Positions 23,801-34,668 of a DNA stretch of 64,000 nt are shown here, piece by piece. This stretch comes from Raillietiella orientalis (Eukaryota): positions 2,232,001-2,296,000 of the forward strand of contig JAYWIR010000016.1 of assembly GCA_036172245.1 (NCBI GenBank), written 5' to 3'. The notes beneath the pieces were generated by a model. The model was given only the letters and a program-made list of their open reading frames with translations. It was not told the DNA's origin and searched no databases. The stretch's first letter is position 1; each line of letters starts with the position of its first letter. The position numbers were made by a program, and so were the translations under genes.

Positions 23801-26800
23801 CTCCGCCCTACCCCCTCAACCCCAGTGCCGCGGACATTCGCAGCGACGAGGAGAGGGGCCAGGAGGCGGGTCAATTGCCACCTGCGTTCGCGTTGTCGAC
23901 TAACCGGGGTGAGATGGGACACCCGGGACTTCATGCCACCTCCGAAAGATCGGACAGCGTGGGTGGTCCGTTCCCCTACCCCTTCCGGAGGAAGGAGAGA
24001 TCCTGGACCGAGGCCGGGAAGATCTCGGATGCGCGTTGCTTCTCCTGACGGCCCCCGCTGAGGAATGGCAAAGCCGGCAGAAGTGGACGCGCGCGCCAAG
24101 CACTGCGGCGCCAGTCCTAGGATGACTTTTGTTTCCTGGCGGAGACCGTGAAACGAAGACTCCAAAAGGAACGCCGTCTGTCTATTCCTTGGAATTTCCA
24201 GCAAGCTTCCGAGGACTTTCGGAGTTCCCGAATTTGCCGTTTCCAAACAGAGTTGTTCTCGCCCCCCAAGTAACGTTCGAGCGGGCCATTGTCCTTCTCC
24301 GGTTTTAGACTTTCCAGCCTGCTGCGTCCCTGCAGAGGCTGCAGGCGATCTGAAAGAACAGTAGTGCCACGACAAAGACCATCTCTTTAGTACCTGGCGT
24401 TTCCTTGTTGACATCGGGAGGTTCCCTGCAATTGTGACAGTTTGCCTGGTAAGGTCCTCCCCCGCCCGACGTCCATGGTGCGCCTCGCCCCACTCCTTCA
24501 CCCCAGTCCTTTCCATCCTGCCTGCCACCGCTCCCACTCACTTTACCTGGTCATCCGCCCCATCCATCAACGCGGAATGACCTTCCTCCCTCGCCCCATC
24601 TTCGTTCCCGCGCCTCCTCAGCTCCACCCAGTCTCCTCTCGATTGGAGGATGGGATGAGGTATACCATCGCCCCTACACCGTCCTTCCTTCCTTCCGGTC
24701 ATCTCCCATTTCACCCTCCGCCCACGCTGCCCTTCCTAGAGGCAATAAACGAGCACGGGCGCTCAAGAGTGGAAGGGTTCTCTGAGAAGGGACACTGACC
24801 ATGGCACCCTCACCATGGGCACGTTTTCTTGGGAACGCATTGCTGCTGTCCGCGCAAGAGTTCGTTCCAGCAGCAACGGCGGAAGCAGTGACCTCGATGG
24901 CTCGCGCGCGCATTCCCCGCTCGCCGCTGTTTTCGCTGAGACGCCGTTGCCGAGCCTATGAGAGTCATTCAGCTGCCGTGGAGACAAGTTTGAGCGGGAG
25001 CTCCTTCAGTGGAGCTTTCAACTCGGTGCCGAGCGGAGCATCTGCTTCGTTTCGGCCTTTCCGGACGTTCAGATCAGCGGCGTGTACGCAAGTGGACGAT
25101 GGACTTGTGTCGGTCCAGCGCAGTTGACACGCAAGAAAAAAGTGCCTTTTAGATTCCCATAGCCGTCCTGGAATCCTTTCTGAAAAGAGTAGAGGCGGGA
25201 TACTTCAAGTACCGGAACCCCTACCACAACAACCTGCATGCGGCCGACGTCCTGCAGACGATCCACTGTGCCGTCCTGCACACCGGCATAGCGGTGAGTG
25301 CGCACGCGAGCGCGCATGCGCTTGTGAGCTTCGCTCACGACCGGCGATAGGAGTGCTGCTTCCCCGGAAGCGAGAGATGCCTCCTCCTCTTTGAGAATCC
25401 GTCGGACGGTGCCGGGCTCACACTTGAGAGATTTATCCTGCACAGACCTGCTGACCCTCTTCCCGCGTTTGAGACCGAAGAAGTCGGGTCATCTTAAAGG
25501 GAAAGGAAGAGAGTTTTGGTCCCTTCTCCGGAGCGCCGCCTCCGGGTCTCCTACCTGCCACAGATCTCGACTGGAAGCAGCATGCGTCGTCGCTCGGAAA
25601 CCGACAGCGCCTACCTTTTGGAAACCGCCTCAGACTCTTATCAAATCCGGAAGCCTTCGAGGTCGGAGGTCATCCGAATTCATTCCGGAGGGGCGCGATC
25701 GACCCTTTCCTCTCATTCCGGATCTGGTCTCCAGTTATCTCCTGTTTCCCCCTTCCCTATCGGGAAGCGCCCAGCGAATCAAGACGATTCTCCGCAGCGT
25801 CCACCGTTGCTCAGGAACTTCTCCGAGGCGTGTGCAAAGCGACACGGATGGGGAGAGCCGGCTAAGGGCTCTGGAAAGTCTAAACGAGCAGACCGGATGG
25901 GGGGGCGCGCTGACAAGCACCCGTGGAGCTCAGCAGGAGAGGAAGGAACTCTGGGGACGCCGATCCGAAGTCCGAAGAACCCGCCGTGTGGGTCTCGAAA
26001 CTCAGAAAAGGCGCTGTGGTCTTCCTGACTTCTCGGCCTTCCGCGGTAGAGCCCGAAGAGAGGGTAGTTCGCTGCTCCGGGGAATAGACGGCGCCGGAAG
26101 CGAAGCCTTTCTGAGCCACGCCGAGGCAAGCGCCAGCAAGCACCAGAAAACACCGCGCCAGCAGAGGAGTCGCAAGGTCGGAGCGGAGCAGCCAAGCGCC
26201 ACCGACTGTAGGGGAAGAGAGGGGGGGTTCGCGGTCCTACTGGCGTTCGGAAGCCCCCGAGAGACTCTGGAGAGCGAAATGCAGTGCAGGGACGCCACCG
26301 CGACGCCGCTTGAGACGGACGCCGGCAGCCCTTTCCATCGAACATAGCTGCCGCAAGTGCCCTCCCCCCTCGTGAGGGGAAGTTCCTTCCTCCCCCTTCG
26401 CTCCCGGGATGCAGGCAGCCTTCGAGCTCGTGACCGGATCCGCCGAACGATAAGTTGCGCTGGCTCAGGGAGTCCGCTCAGGTCCACTGACGCAGCCCCT
26501 CCTTCGCGCAGAACCACCTCCTCCTCCCCTTGCGGGTTCTGCCCAACATCACCGTTCCCGCTTCCAGGACTTCCTGGAAGACCTCGATATCTTCGCCATG
26601 CTGATGGCCGCGGCGATCCACGACTTCGAGCACAGCGGCACCACCAACGCCTACCACGTGGTCACGGGCTCTGAGCTGGCCCTTCTGTACAACGACCGCT
26701 CGGTGCTCGAGAATCACCACGTGAGCGCGGTGTTCCGGTGAGCGCGGGAGGAGGGGTGGGAACAGGGGCGGTCCGAAGGGACGCCACGTCTCCGGGTGTA

Positions 26801-28112
26801 ACTTTCTCCAGGATCATGAACGAGGACGGTTACAACATCCTGTGCAACCTCACCAGACTGGAGTACTTCCGGTTCCGGAGGACCGTCATCGAGATGGTGC
26901 TGTGCACTGACATGTCCCTGCACTTCCACCAGGTCAAATCCCTGAAGGCGGAGCTGGGGTTGCCCAACGCGAGGTAAGGTCCTCCCCCGCCCGACGTCCA
27001 TGGTGCGCCTCGCCCCACTCCTTCACCCCAATCCTTTCCATCCTGCCTGCCACCGCTCCCACTCACTTCACCTGGTCATCCGCCCCATCCATCAACGCGG
27101 AATGACCTTCCTCCCTCGCCCCAGCCCATCTTCGCTCCCGCGCCTCCTCAGCTCCACCCAGTCTCCTCTCGATCGGAGGATGGGATGAGGTGTACCATCG
27201 CCCCTACACCGTCCTTCCTTCCCTCCGGTCATCTCCCATTTCACCCTCCGCCCACGCTGCCCTTCCACCTTGAACGACCTCCGCTCGCCGGAGCTTCTCC
27301 TTCGTGCCGAGCCGTCGCGGGTCGACCCCGCCGCAGCACCCCAAACCTCCCGTCACCCCTACACACACGATCCTCCCTTCTCCTCTCCCCCATTTCACCC
27401 CCGCTTCCTCGAAACCCACCTCTCCTCTTCACCCAGTGCTCCGGTCCCGTCCCTTCTCATCCTCCTCCGACTGCTCACGCCTGCACCCCAGTGTGGACAA
27501 GACGAAGGTGCTCAGCTTCCTGCTCCACTTCTGCGACATCTCGCACCCGACCAAGACGTGGGAGCTGCACCAGCAATGGACCCACTCCCTGATGGAGGAG
27601 TTTTTCATCCAGGGAGACAGGGAGGAGAGACTGGAGCTGCCGTTCAGTCCCCTTTGCGACAGGAAGAGCACCCCCATCGCCGAGTCCCAGATAGGTAGGC
27701 CCCGTACCAACCCCCTGCGAGAGCGGTCTCCACAGGTATCCTCCCCCAGGATTCATCGACTTCATCGTGGACCCTAGCATGCAAGTGTGCTGCCACCTCG
27801 TGGAGAGGATCGCAGGGAACAAGGGATTCTCCCACACGCCCATAGACAACGAGGAGGAGAGGGAAAAAGAAGAGGGACCGACCGTGGAGCAGCTGCAGGA
27901 ACAAGGTGCCCCTGGGCCCCAGAGGGTTCCCTTCGAGAGCCACCACCCAACCCAGTTCCCCTCGACTTTCATTTTTGTCTTTCGTTTTTGCTGTCCTTAC
28001 AGATGAGCAGAGGCGCATTGCCCTCACCGAGACGTGGCGTCGCAACCTGGCTGCCAACAGGCAGGAGTGGGAGAAGCGGGTCGCGTCCAGCCCTAGCAGA
28101 GGGCAGGTGTGA
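11720..28112 (+). CDS. Pde1c: Calcium/calmodulin-dependent 3',5'-cyclic nucleotide phosphodiesterase, PDE1 family (multi-exon gene, about 518 aa from ATG 11720; may extend further 5')
   Basis: Exons 11720-11844, 11913-12029, 19266-19521, 21669-21785, 25153-25293, 26568-26737, 26812-26973, 27492-27694, 27750-27905, 28003-28112; all GT-AG and phase-consistent. PDE1 N-terminal signatures VPDEVKNWLASTFTR and KFRSVANAIRAGLFVDRIYR; catalytic motifs NPYHNNLHAADV, HDFEHSGTTN, YNDRSVLENHH, TDM, CDISHP, EEFFIQGD, SQIGFIDFIV. Confidence 0.93.
11913..12029 (+). CDS. Pde1c: PDE1 exon, first calmodulin-binding-like helix (LRQLISQLQEK...LREAINALEDLQEEEI)
   Basis: ttctag acceptor, gtaagg donor; resembles PDE1 RLRxLVKQLE...LKKNLEYAAxVLE; phase matches exon at 19266. 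Confidence 0.78.
14700..18430 (-). mobile_element. Near full-length decayed LINE ORF2 (APE + RT), antisense within the 7.2-kb PDE1 intron; limits approximate
   Basis: Ordered relics: FLGIFRRP (IYRPP), KGNFR (GDFN), VKNHLNISSEDLSGLNA (KSPGxDG region), ALYK..., LLSES, FLPFDVIR (AFD), FLADYTKL (FADDTKL); many stops and frameshifts. Confidence 0.5.
18610..19113 (+). repeat. Dispersed direct repeat, copy A (copy B at 32061-32521)
   Basis: About 450-500 bp with a near-identical core (GGCGTCTGGCGGAGACGTTGGTGC...GGCGGGAGAAG) and small indels. Confidence 0.95.
19266..19521 (+). CDS. Pde1c: PDE1 exon (PDEase_I_N region)
   Basis: tgcag acceptor, gtaggc donor; VPDEVKNWLASTFTR...KFRSVANAIRAGLFVDRIYR. 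Confidence 0.93.
21669..21785 (+). CDS. Pde1c: PDE1 exon (EIDEWNFNVF...KYGLVSKFK)
   Basis: ccag/gtaggc boundaries, 39 codons, WxFNVF motif at the start of the catalytic domain. Confidence 0.92.
23250..23750 (+). mobile_element. Possible decayed RTE-like RT C-terminal remnant in a PDE1 intron
   Basis: EELIRKLLRSNEAFGR resembles EI.RRI.KA..AFGRL; ILEFPGS resembles FKYLGS. Confidence 0.3.
24449..24736 (+). repeat. Duplicate of the first ~290 bp of the PDE1 intron that starts at 26974
   Basis: Matches 26974-27266 with about 6 substitutions and one 5-bp indel. Confidence 0.97.
25153..25293 (+). CDS. Pde1c: PDE1 exon (NPYHNNLHAADVLQT)
   Basis: ttttag/gtgagt boundaries, 47 codons, metal-binding His motif. 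Confidence 0.95.
25520..25820 (+). mobile_element. Possible decayed LINE RT C-terminal remnant in a PDE1 intron
   Basis: GLLPATDLDWKQH (LGV...DLSWKxH) and GSAQRIKTILR (ESVQRRATR). Confidence 0.35.
26568..26737 (+). CDS. Pde1c: PDE1 exon (HDFEHSGTTN, YNDRSVLENHH)
   Basis: ccag/gtgagc boundaries; class I PDE HD signature. Confidence 0.95.
26812..26973 (+). CDS. Pde1c: PDE1 exon (VIEMVLCTDMSLHF)
   Basis: ccag/gtaagg boundaries, phase-consistent. Confidence 0.94.
27492..27694 (+). CDS. Pde1c: PDE1 exon (LHFCDISHP...EEFFIQGD...ESQI)
   Basis: ccag/gtaggc boundaries; conserved catalytic-domain motifs. Confidence 0.95.
27750..27905 (+). CDS. Pde1c: PDE1 exon (GFIDFIVDP...)
   Basis: Follows a 55-bp intron; completes QIGFI; donor gtgccc. 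Confidence 0.88.
28003..28112 (+). CDS. Pde1c: PDE1 probable last coding exon (TWRRNLAANRQEWEK...stop)
   Basis: Pyrimidine tract plus tacag acceptor; W...N...W C-terminal helix; TGA at 28110-28112 (cag|gtgtga could alternatively be a donor). Confidence 0.8.
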
Positions 28113-28779
28113 GGGTGCTCTCCCCTTCCCAATGAGAGCGGGAGGAGATGGAACAGGAGGAGGGAAGGGGACCCCCGCGGCGGACGGGACGGGTTCCGGA
28201 AACGTCCGGGCAGCCGGCATCCCGTTCCAGCACCCGGTGGCTGGCCCGCGGAGGAGAGCTGCAGATCCTCGATGAGAGCCTCCCCCACCCCTCCATCCGC
28301 TGGCAGGAGGGATGGGCCGGGGGACCATGGCTTCCGGGAGCTCCGCCAGCGGCCCTTCCGGCGTCTCCGAGACTCCCCTGCCTCTGCGCTTCCTACAGGA
28401 TCCTGCGAGGTTTACCTAAGCGAAAGGAAGGAAGAAAAACACGGGAGAATGGAGAGGTGGCCCCCGAAAGAGCGCTCGAGGACTCCTTTTTGCTCCTCTG
28501 CGGCCTTCCAGAGGCGCCTCTTCGTTTCCCCCGACTGGTGTTCCCTCCCCTCAAATGCCTTGTCCTCCTCCTCCTCCTCCTTCCTGGAAGCCGCACGACG
28601 GAGAGGCCAGCCAGGTGCTCCAGGATGGATGCTGCGAGGGACGTCTGGACAACGCCTTGGTCACTCGTTCCGGCGACAGCGGAAGAACCAACGGTGCACA
28701 ACAAAGAAAAGGGGCGACGTCCTCCCTCTCCCCCCTCCCACCTCCTGACGACGCGCCTGCCGCCCTCCGAGCGCGAGCG

Positions 28780-28785
28780 AATAAA
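28780..28785 (+). promoter_or_regulatory. Candidate poly(A) signal of PDE1
   Basis: AATAAA about 670 nt after the stop codon in otherwise GC-rich sequence. Confidence 0.35.
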
Positions 28786-28899
28786 GAGCACGCCACTTTC
28801 CTGGATCCTGTTGCCCGGGGTGAACCTACCGGCCAGTCACCCGGTCCGCCCCGCTCCGATGGCCGAAGGACACCTCGCCTAGGACACGCCGCCTCGGGG

Positions 28900-29820
28900 A
28901 GGGTCGCTCACGAATGCCCCGCCTGAGATCCCGAGCGACTTCCGCTCCTCCTTGCCTCCTTCGTTGGTTCGCAGAGTCCTCAACGAAGGCCGAAGGGGGG
29001 GCGGTCCATCCCCCTCTCGGAGAGCCCCCCGTTCTACTGCCCTCGCGAGGCAGCGACTCCAGAGGAAGGAGGGGCCCGAGGACCCTCGTCGAGCCTAGCC
29101 CCGAAAGTTCCACAGCCCTCGGGCAGCTCCTCCTTCGAGGCAGTGAGGCGCGAGTGAGGCGGAGGCTGTGGCTGCACCGGCGTGGGACAAGCAGAGCTCC
29201 CTCCACCCACCCGGATGATCCCTCCGTCCAGTTTTATCTTCTCCCTCCCTCTCTTCCCGACGGAGTTTTCCCGGGTGAGGTAGCGGCTCTCATCCCGAAG
29301 GGGAGGCATCCCCTTTCGCGGCGGACTGGCAGCCATCGAAATCGAAGAAAGCAGGAACGGGTAGGCGGGGGGTGGAGCGTAACGGTGAGGAGGAGGGCAA
29401 GGAAGAGTATCCTGCAGCGTTTCCATGTTTTGGGAGGAGACGGAAACAGGAAGCGGCGCTGTGGGAAAGGGGAGACACCCCCTCCCGATCCGACCTTCGT
29501 CATCCACGAGTCAGGGTGCTCATGTCGAGCGCATCCCGAGGGTCGCCACAGCATTGGACAGTCGAGACAAGATGCCGGCGTCTTGAGCTCTGCTATCCCT
29601 TAGGAAGCCCCCAGTAAAGGGAAACTTCGATTCCTACGCCTGTGTTTGGGAACCCAACGTCAAGAGGGCGGAAGGGAGGAGGCAAGCAGAAAGGGGTCAT
29701 CTGGGGTTCCCTATGGATCCGCAGGGCAGCGGGCTGTTTCTCCTGGTGGGCGCCCTGAGTCGTCCTCAAGGGATTCACCACGAGGTCGGCCCCGAAGTCA
29801 TCGCCAGAGGGCATCGCGAG
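28900..29820 (-). mobile_element. Possible decayed RTE-like APE endonuclease remnant
   Basis: TGVGIEVS (GVGFLV) followed by DSWMTKVG (GDxNAKVG). Confidence 0.3.
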
Positions 29821-30799
29821 ATACGGCTCTCCGGCCAGCTGCCCTACCGCACTCCTCGCGGGGGGGGGGGGAGGTGCATCCGGCCTCCCGCGACTACAGT
29901 CGACTCAGTCGCAAGAGGTTGCGCCTCCTTTGCACACGGTGTGTCCCCCACCGCGGACGAGCCGATGGGACGCACGTCAGCTCCTCTCGTCGGGCGGCGG
30001 CTGATCGACCGTGGCGCGTGGAGCACGCATCGAACCTGCGTGGCAGCCATCCTGCCCGGGGAGCGTTGCGCGCACGCCAACTAGTGAGGCGGGACGTCCA
30101 CTCCGGAGGATGGCGTTGCGCCCTCGAAGATGCTCCCGACACAACGCCCAAGTCGCTACCTACAAGGTGTGCACGCACGGGCGTGTCGCGATGCGCCGTA
30201 CGCCGGCGGCATCGGCACCGAGCGACTCCCCGCTGGGACGTCGCGCATGCGTTGCAAGCGGTGCGCCGCGGAGTCGGTCCTGCTCGCCGCCTACCGGGAG
30301 CACCGGATGCGCATGCGCAGCTCCCCTCGCGTAGGATCGGAGGCACCGGGCAGCCGCCGCCAGCGCTTTCGATCCACACCAAGGCGCGCGCGAGTGGTCG
30401 AGGTCGCAAAGCGCGCGACCAGGAGGTTTCCCGCTTCCCTTCGCGGGGAAGGCTTGCGGGCGCGCCTTGTCGGCGGGGCGGTCGCTCCCCGCTGCGCCAA
30501 TCCCCTGGGAACTGCTCTCGTGGGTTACGGAACGGGAGCCCCTACTTCCTGCTGCCCCTTCGTTTCGCGTCCTCGCATCATCGGCGAGCACAGGTCAAGA
30601 GGCTGCGCTCGCTCGCTCGGGGCGGGTTCATACCACGAGACCGCCGGGGCTTCGCTTCATCCCCTCGAGGAAGAGGATGGGCACCCCGCCATCTAGCGGG
30701 CAGTCTACCAGCCAGAGAGACAAGTCCCCACGCGACCGCGCTTCCAGCAGGACCTGAGGCCGTCCGGGGCGAGAAGGCGCATTTCACTACCCGAGAGGG

Positions 30800-33331
30800 A
30801 GAGTGCTGAAGGCACCTCCGCCCACGACGGGTGCAGCTGCTGTCCCGGAACGCCACCGCTCGGTCGCGCCCAGGAGTCCGTCCCAGCAAGGCGAGCAGGA
30901 AGGGCGAGAAGCGGAGATCACTGCTCCGGGCGCACTGGCGGCAAGGAGACTCTGGAAACGAGGCATTGGAGAACATCCGAGGATCGGAAGAGTCCAGGAT
31001 GCCGGAGAGCCCTCCCTCGGCCCCGAGCCACCCACGAGCCATTCGTCTGCTGCAAGAGGTGCGGGGGGGGCTGAGTCCGAGGTCATGTGGAATCTTCCGT
31101 CGATCGGTGGCTGCCCGTCCCATTCGCCCATGTGACACGGGGTGATCCTGGTGCTCCTCTGCAGCTAGCTCACCCGATGATCTCCACTGCCCTTCTCGGA
31201 GACGCCGAGCGCAGCAGGGATGGCGCCACCCGGAGGTCGCCTTCCTCCCTAAGAGGCGAAGGAAGCCCCTTAGCGCAATCAAGGGCCGAGCCCTTTGCTT
31301 CCCGCATCCGTATGGGGGGGAGGACCTCGTGCGAGCAGACCGCGCCATCTGGGACTCGCGCGCGATCCACGAAGCAGTTGCCAAGGGCACCCGTCATGAG
31401 TATCAAGGACCACCGTACGAGACCTGCATGGGTCGGGGTTTGGCGGGAGATGGGGGCCCGAGGGATGCCTATAGATGGCGGCGGAGCAGCAGCCCGCAAG
31501 CCCCCTCCAAACCCTTCTCTCGCGGGGCTCCCCTATCGGGTGATGGGAGCGCGCATCCCCATCCCCGCCAGAGAAGCGCATTCGCGAGTCCACGCCCTCA
31601 ACTCTCATCAGCCTCTTGCCCGTGGGTCTTTCTCCCTCAAAGGGATTACGACGACGCTCTGCCAGGTCTTCCTAACCTTTTCCAGGATGTTTCCCGGCGG
31701 CTGTTCACCGTAGGGCTTCTTCCATCCTCTCCCAATGCCTCCGCACAGCAGATGGCCTTCGAGAAAGGACCCATCCGGCGGCGGTCAACCGGGCACGCAC
31801 AGTCCGGGAACGGACGTTACCGATCCCGACGTGCTCTCCAAGGCCCACTCCCATCTCTGCTCCCGATCTGCATGTCGAGCTTTTCCCGCAAACCAGCACG
31901 GGCGAGGGAAGAGCAATCGGAGTGAGGTGGGGACTGGCGCTGCCATTTCCCTTCGATTCCGGCCTCCAGGGCATGCCCGGACTGATCCCTTCGTCCCTTC
32001 CCGCCGTCCAGGGAAAGGAGAGCACTTCCGGGACGCCCACCCAAGCCCTCCGCCGCTGGCGGAGACCTCAGGTAGCAGGCTCTGGAGGGAAGCAGGAGAG
32101 CGCTTCGGGCCGACGAGCCGACAGGCGGACGGCGTCTGGCGGAGACGTTGGTGCGTTGACGTCTTTCGGCTGAGCGAAGAGCTGACTGCCAGCGGGCGCG
32201 TGTCCCGTCCGCCCCGGCGTCACCGCCGCCTGGAACGCAGGTACGGCGGAGGCACCAGGTCCCTTCCACGCCTGGTCCGCTCGTGCCCACGATCACTGAG
32301 AGGGGGGTGGAGGATGGGGAGAAGAAGGGCGTGCACGTCCATGCCGAACGTCTTTCAGCCCCTGACCCTAGCCGCTCCCTTCCTGGGCCACGACACGCTT
32401 CCACGGAAGGGCGGGAGCGAGTCCGGCTTGGGGGTGGACCGCCTGCAAGCGCGGGCGGAACTTCCCTCTTCGACACGTCGGCTGGCCCCAAGATTCCGGG
32501 GAAGCGTGCCGGCGGGAGAAGGATGTTGGTGCGCCAGCGCTCCCGGGGACGCGCGGGCCGAGAAGACGGGAGCTGCGCGTCGATCGCTTGCGGCGCGCAG
32601 TCCCCTTTCAGGCTGGGGAGCCGTGCACGGTGAGAAAGAACGCGGCCCACCGGGAAGGCCCTTCCTCGCGGCTCGCGTCCCACGAGCGCTGTCCACCGGC
32701 TGACTGCTGGCATGTCCGACGGCTGCTTGCCGCCGACGGTCGCCTCGAGAGCAGCCTCGGAAAAAGCGGGGTTCACGAGGTTGGCACTAAGGATGGACGT
32801 GCCGAGTAACTGGGTGAGGTTTCTCCGGACCGCGGGTGCGGCCACAGGCTTGGCTCCATTACCTCCACTCGACAGCGGAAGGGCCGCATCAGCAGAGACC
32901 AAGGAGCACCTGAATGCCCGTCGCCCTGGCTGCCAACCGTCGCTGGGCGCCGCCGTGAAACTCGAACCGACTCCCTCGCCCGGCAGGGATTCCTCGAAGA
33001 GACCTCCGCTGTCCCTTGGAGCAACGAGCTGCTTCACTCCTGATCCCGTAAATTCCGCGTTCTGGGACCACGGATCTTTCATCTCGTCTCGTTTAATCTT
33101 CATGCGGGGATCAAAAATAAATAAATAAAGGACCCGGGAAATTCCATTTCCCCTGGGGTTCCTGGTCCCGGGATCTGCCTCCTTCAAATCCGGGTTACCC
33201 GACGGAGTGAGGCGAGCAGCAGCTGTTTGCACAGAGCACCGGGGCGAAAGAAATGGACGTTCTTGTGCCGAGGGTCCAGGTGCCCAACCTTCACGCTGGC
33301 ACGCCTGGACGCAAGGGCAAATAACAACCCC
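30800..33331 (-). mobile_element. Decayed single-ORF LINE (5' end, APE, RT start) directly downstream of onecut
   Basis: RVLYLFIFDPRMKIKRDEMK (APE start) near 33130 and WQSVVVIPLREKD (W..S.VIPL.KKG) near 31650; spacing of about 490 codons is typical of LINE ORF2. Confidence 0.4.
32061..32521 (+). repeat. Dispersed direct repeat, copy B (copy A at 18610-19113)
   Basis: Direct sequence comparison. Confidence 0.95.
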
Positions 33332-33347
33332 TTATATTAAAGAGCAT

Positions 33348-33353
33348 TTTATT
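33348..33353 (-). promoter_or_regulatory. Likely onecut poly(A) signal ending an AT-rich 3' UTR of about 1 kb
   Basis: AATAAA on - at the boundary where AT-rich UTR-like sequence gives way to GC-rich DNA. Confidence 0.55.
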
Positions 33354-33570
33354 GTACATTCTATTTTTGGTTACAGATATTTGTGACTATATTTATCAAT
33401 CGTGAAAAAATAAAACAAACAAAACACAACACCTTAATAAACAGTAAGTGAGATCATTTGTTTACACTGTGATAATACTGATAACATAAACATGTGAGAT
33501 TTCAAATAATTTCAAATCAGGGAACGTGTGGAATACAAACAATCCAATTTGTTTTTTGTTTTTTTTTTTT

Positions 33571-33572
<2 letters not shown>

Positions 33573-33619
<47 letters not shown>

Positions 33620-33650
33620 GTGTGTGTGTGTGTATGTGTGATGTGTGTAT
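33573..33650. repeat. (GT)n microsatellite in the onecut 3' UTR; further (GT)n tracts at 33945-33975 and 35397-35424
   Basis: Direct observation. Confidence 0.95.
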
Positions 33651-34401
33651 CGTGTGTTTCTTATCCGTTTTCTTTTTCCGTTCCACATACATTTACATAC
33701 TGATATGAGATTTTCTGTGATTACGACCTGTTCTGCCGCAATGACTAATGGCATGCTAAAATTAATACTGAAATGAACGTTTCAACTTATGACTACAACG
33801 GTAATAAATATATTTATATATTAATTGAAAATAAATACACCTTAAAATGAAAGCTGTTTGCTCTCACTGAACTAGAGAAAATGGACTAGAATTTCTACGG
33901 TCATTGCACGATAAAGAAATGAGTGAGTCGGGGGTGGGTGGGGCGTGTGTGTGTGTTGTGTGTGTGTGTGTGTGAGAATCAAACACAACACGATACAAAA
34001 TGATAAAAGTCAAGGGCAGCGAATTTTTCCATCTTTCACACACGAGATTCTAAATCACAAATATATGCACGACTAAATTAATGCATAAAAAGGAGTAGAG
34101 ACAAGAGAGTTTTATCTACACAATGGATTCGATAGATATTCTAGGAGGACGTAGGAAAGAAAGGGAAATCGACCTTGACGAATAAAACGTGTGAATAAAT
34201 ACCTTCCAAAATACTTGGCGGAATGTTTTACGATGCTTAAAAAAATAAAACTTTTATACCTACTAGCAGGTGTGAGATCAACGTTCCCCATGCAATGATT
34301 GACTGGAAACGACTAGAAGCAAGTAACCGTGACTAGGTTGAAAACACCGAGGCCAATAATCCCGAAAAAAAAAAATGGCCGCCTATGCTCGGGACGCGAT
34401 G

Positions 34402-34668
34402 TCACAGGGAACGGTGATGTGGGAAGTGGTGATGGTGGCCAGCACTCGTGACTGCTATCACAGCGGTGGGTTGGCCCGAACCAGAAACCTGAATGATCGG
34501 TGGCGAATTCGACAAGGAGGATGGGCTTCCCGGTTTCCTCTCGTCGTCCTTCCACTTGTCTGTGGATCGACGACGCGCATTCATGAAAAAATTTCCGACT
34601 GTCGTGGGTTCCAAACCAAGCTGTCTCGCTATGGTGACTTGCATTTCCTTAGAAGGCCGCTTGGTTTC
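34402..34668 (-). CDS. onecut: onecut exon 3 (homeodomain helices 2-3, His-rich tail, stop)
   Basis: ETKRPSKEMQVTIARQLGLEPTTVGNFFMNARRRS. Confidence 0.96.
   Translation of the reverse strand, partial: ETKRPSKEMQVTIARQLGLEPTTVGNFFMNARRRSTDKWKDDERKPGSPSSLSNSPPIIQVSGSGQPTAVIAVTSAGHHHHFPHHRSL

Noticed and set aside
31575..31615. Hammerhead-like CTGATGA followed by a short stem on -
   Set aside because: The required GAAA and stems I/III are absent; the other CTGATGA hits I checked fail in the same way
28148..33232. Long ORFs such as 29646-30809 (+) and 31817-33232 (-) as novel genes
   Set aside because: GC-driven stop-codon scarcity; they overlap putative LINE remnants and a dispersed repeat
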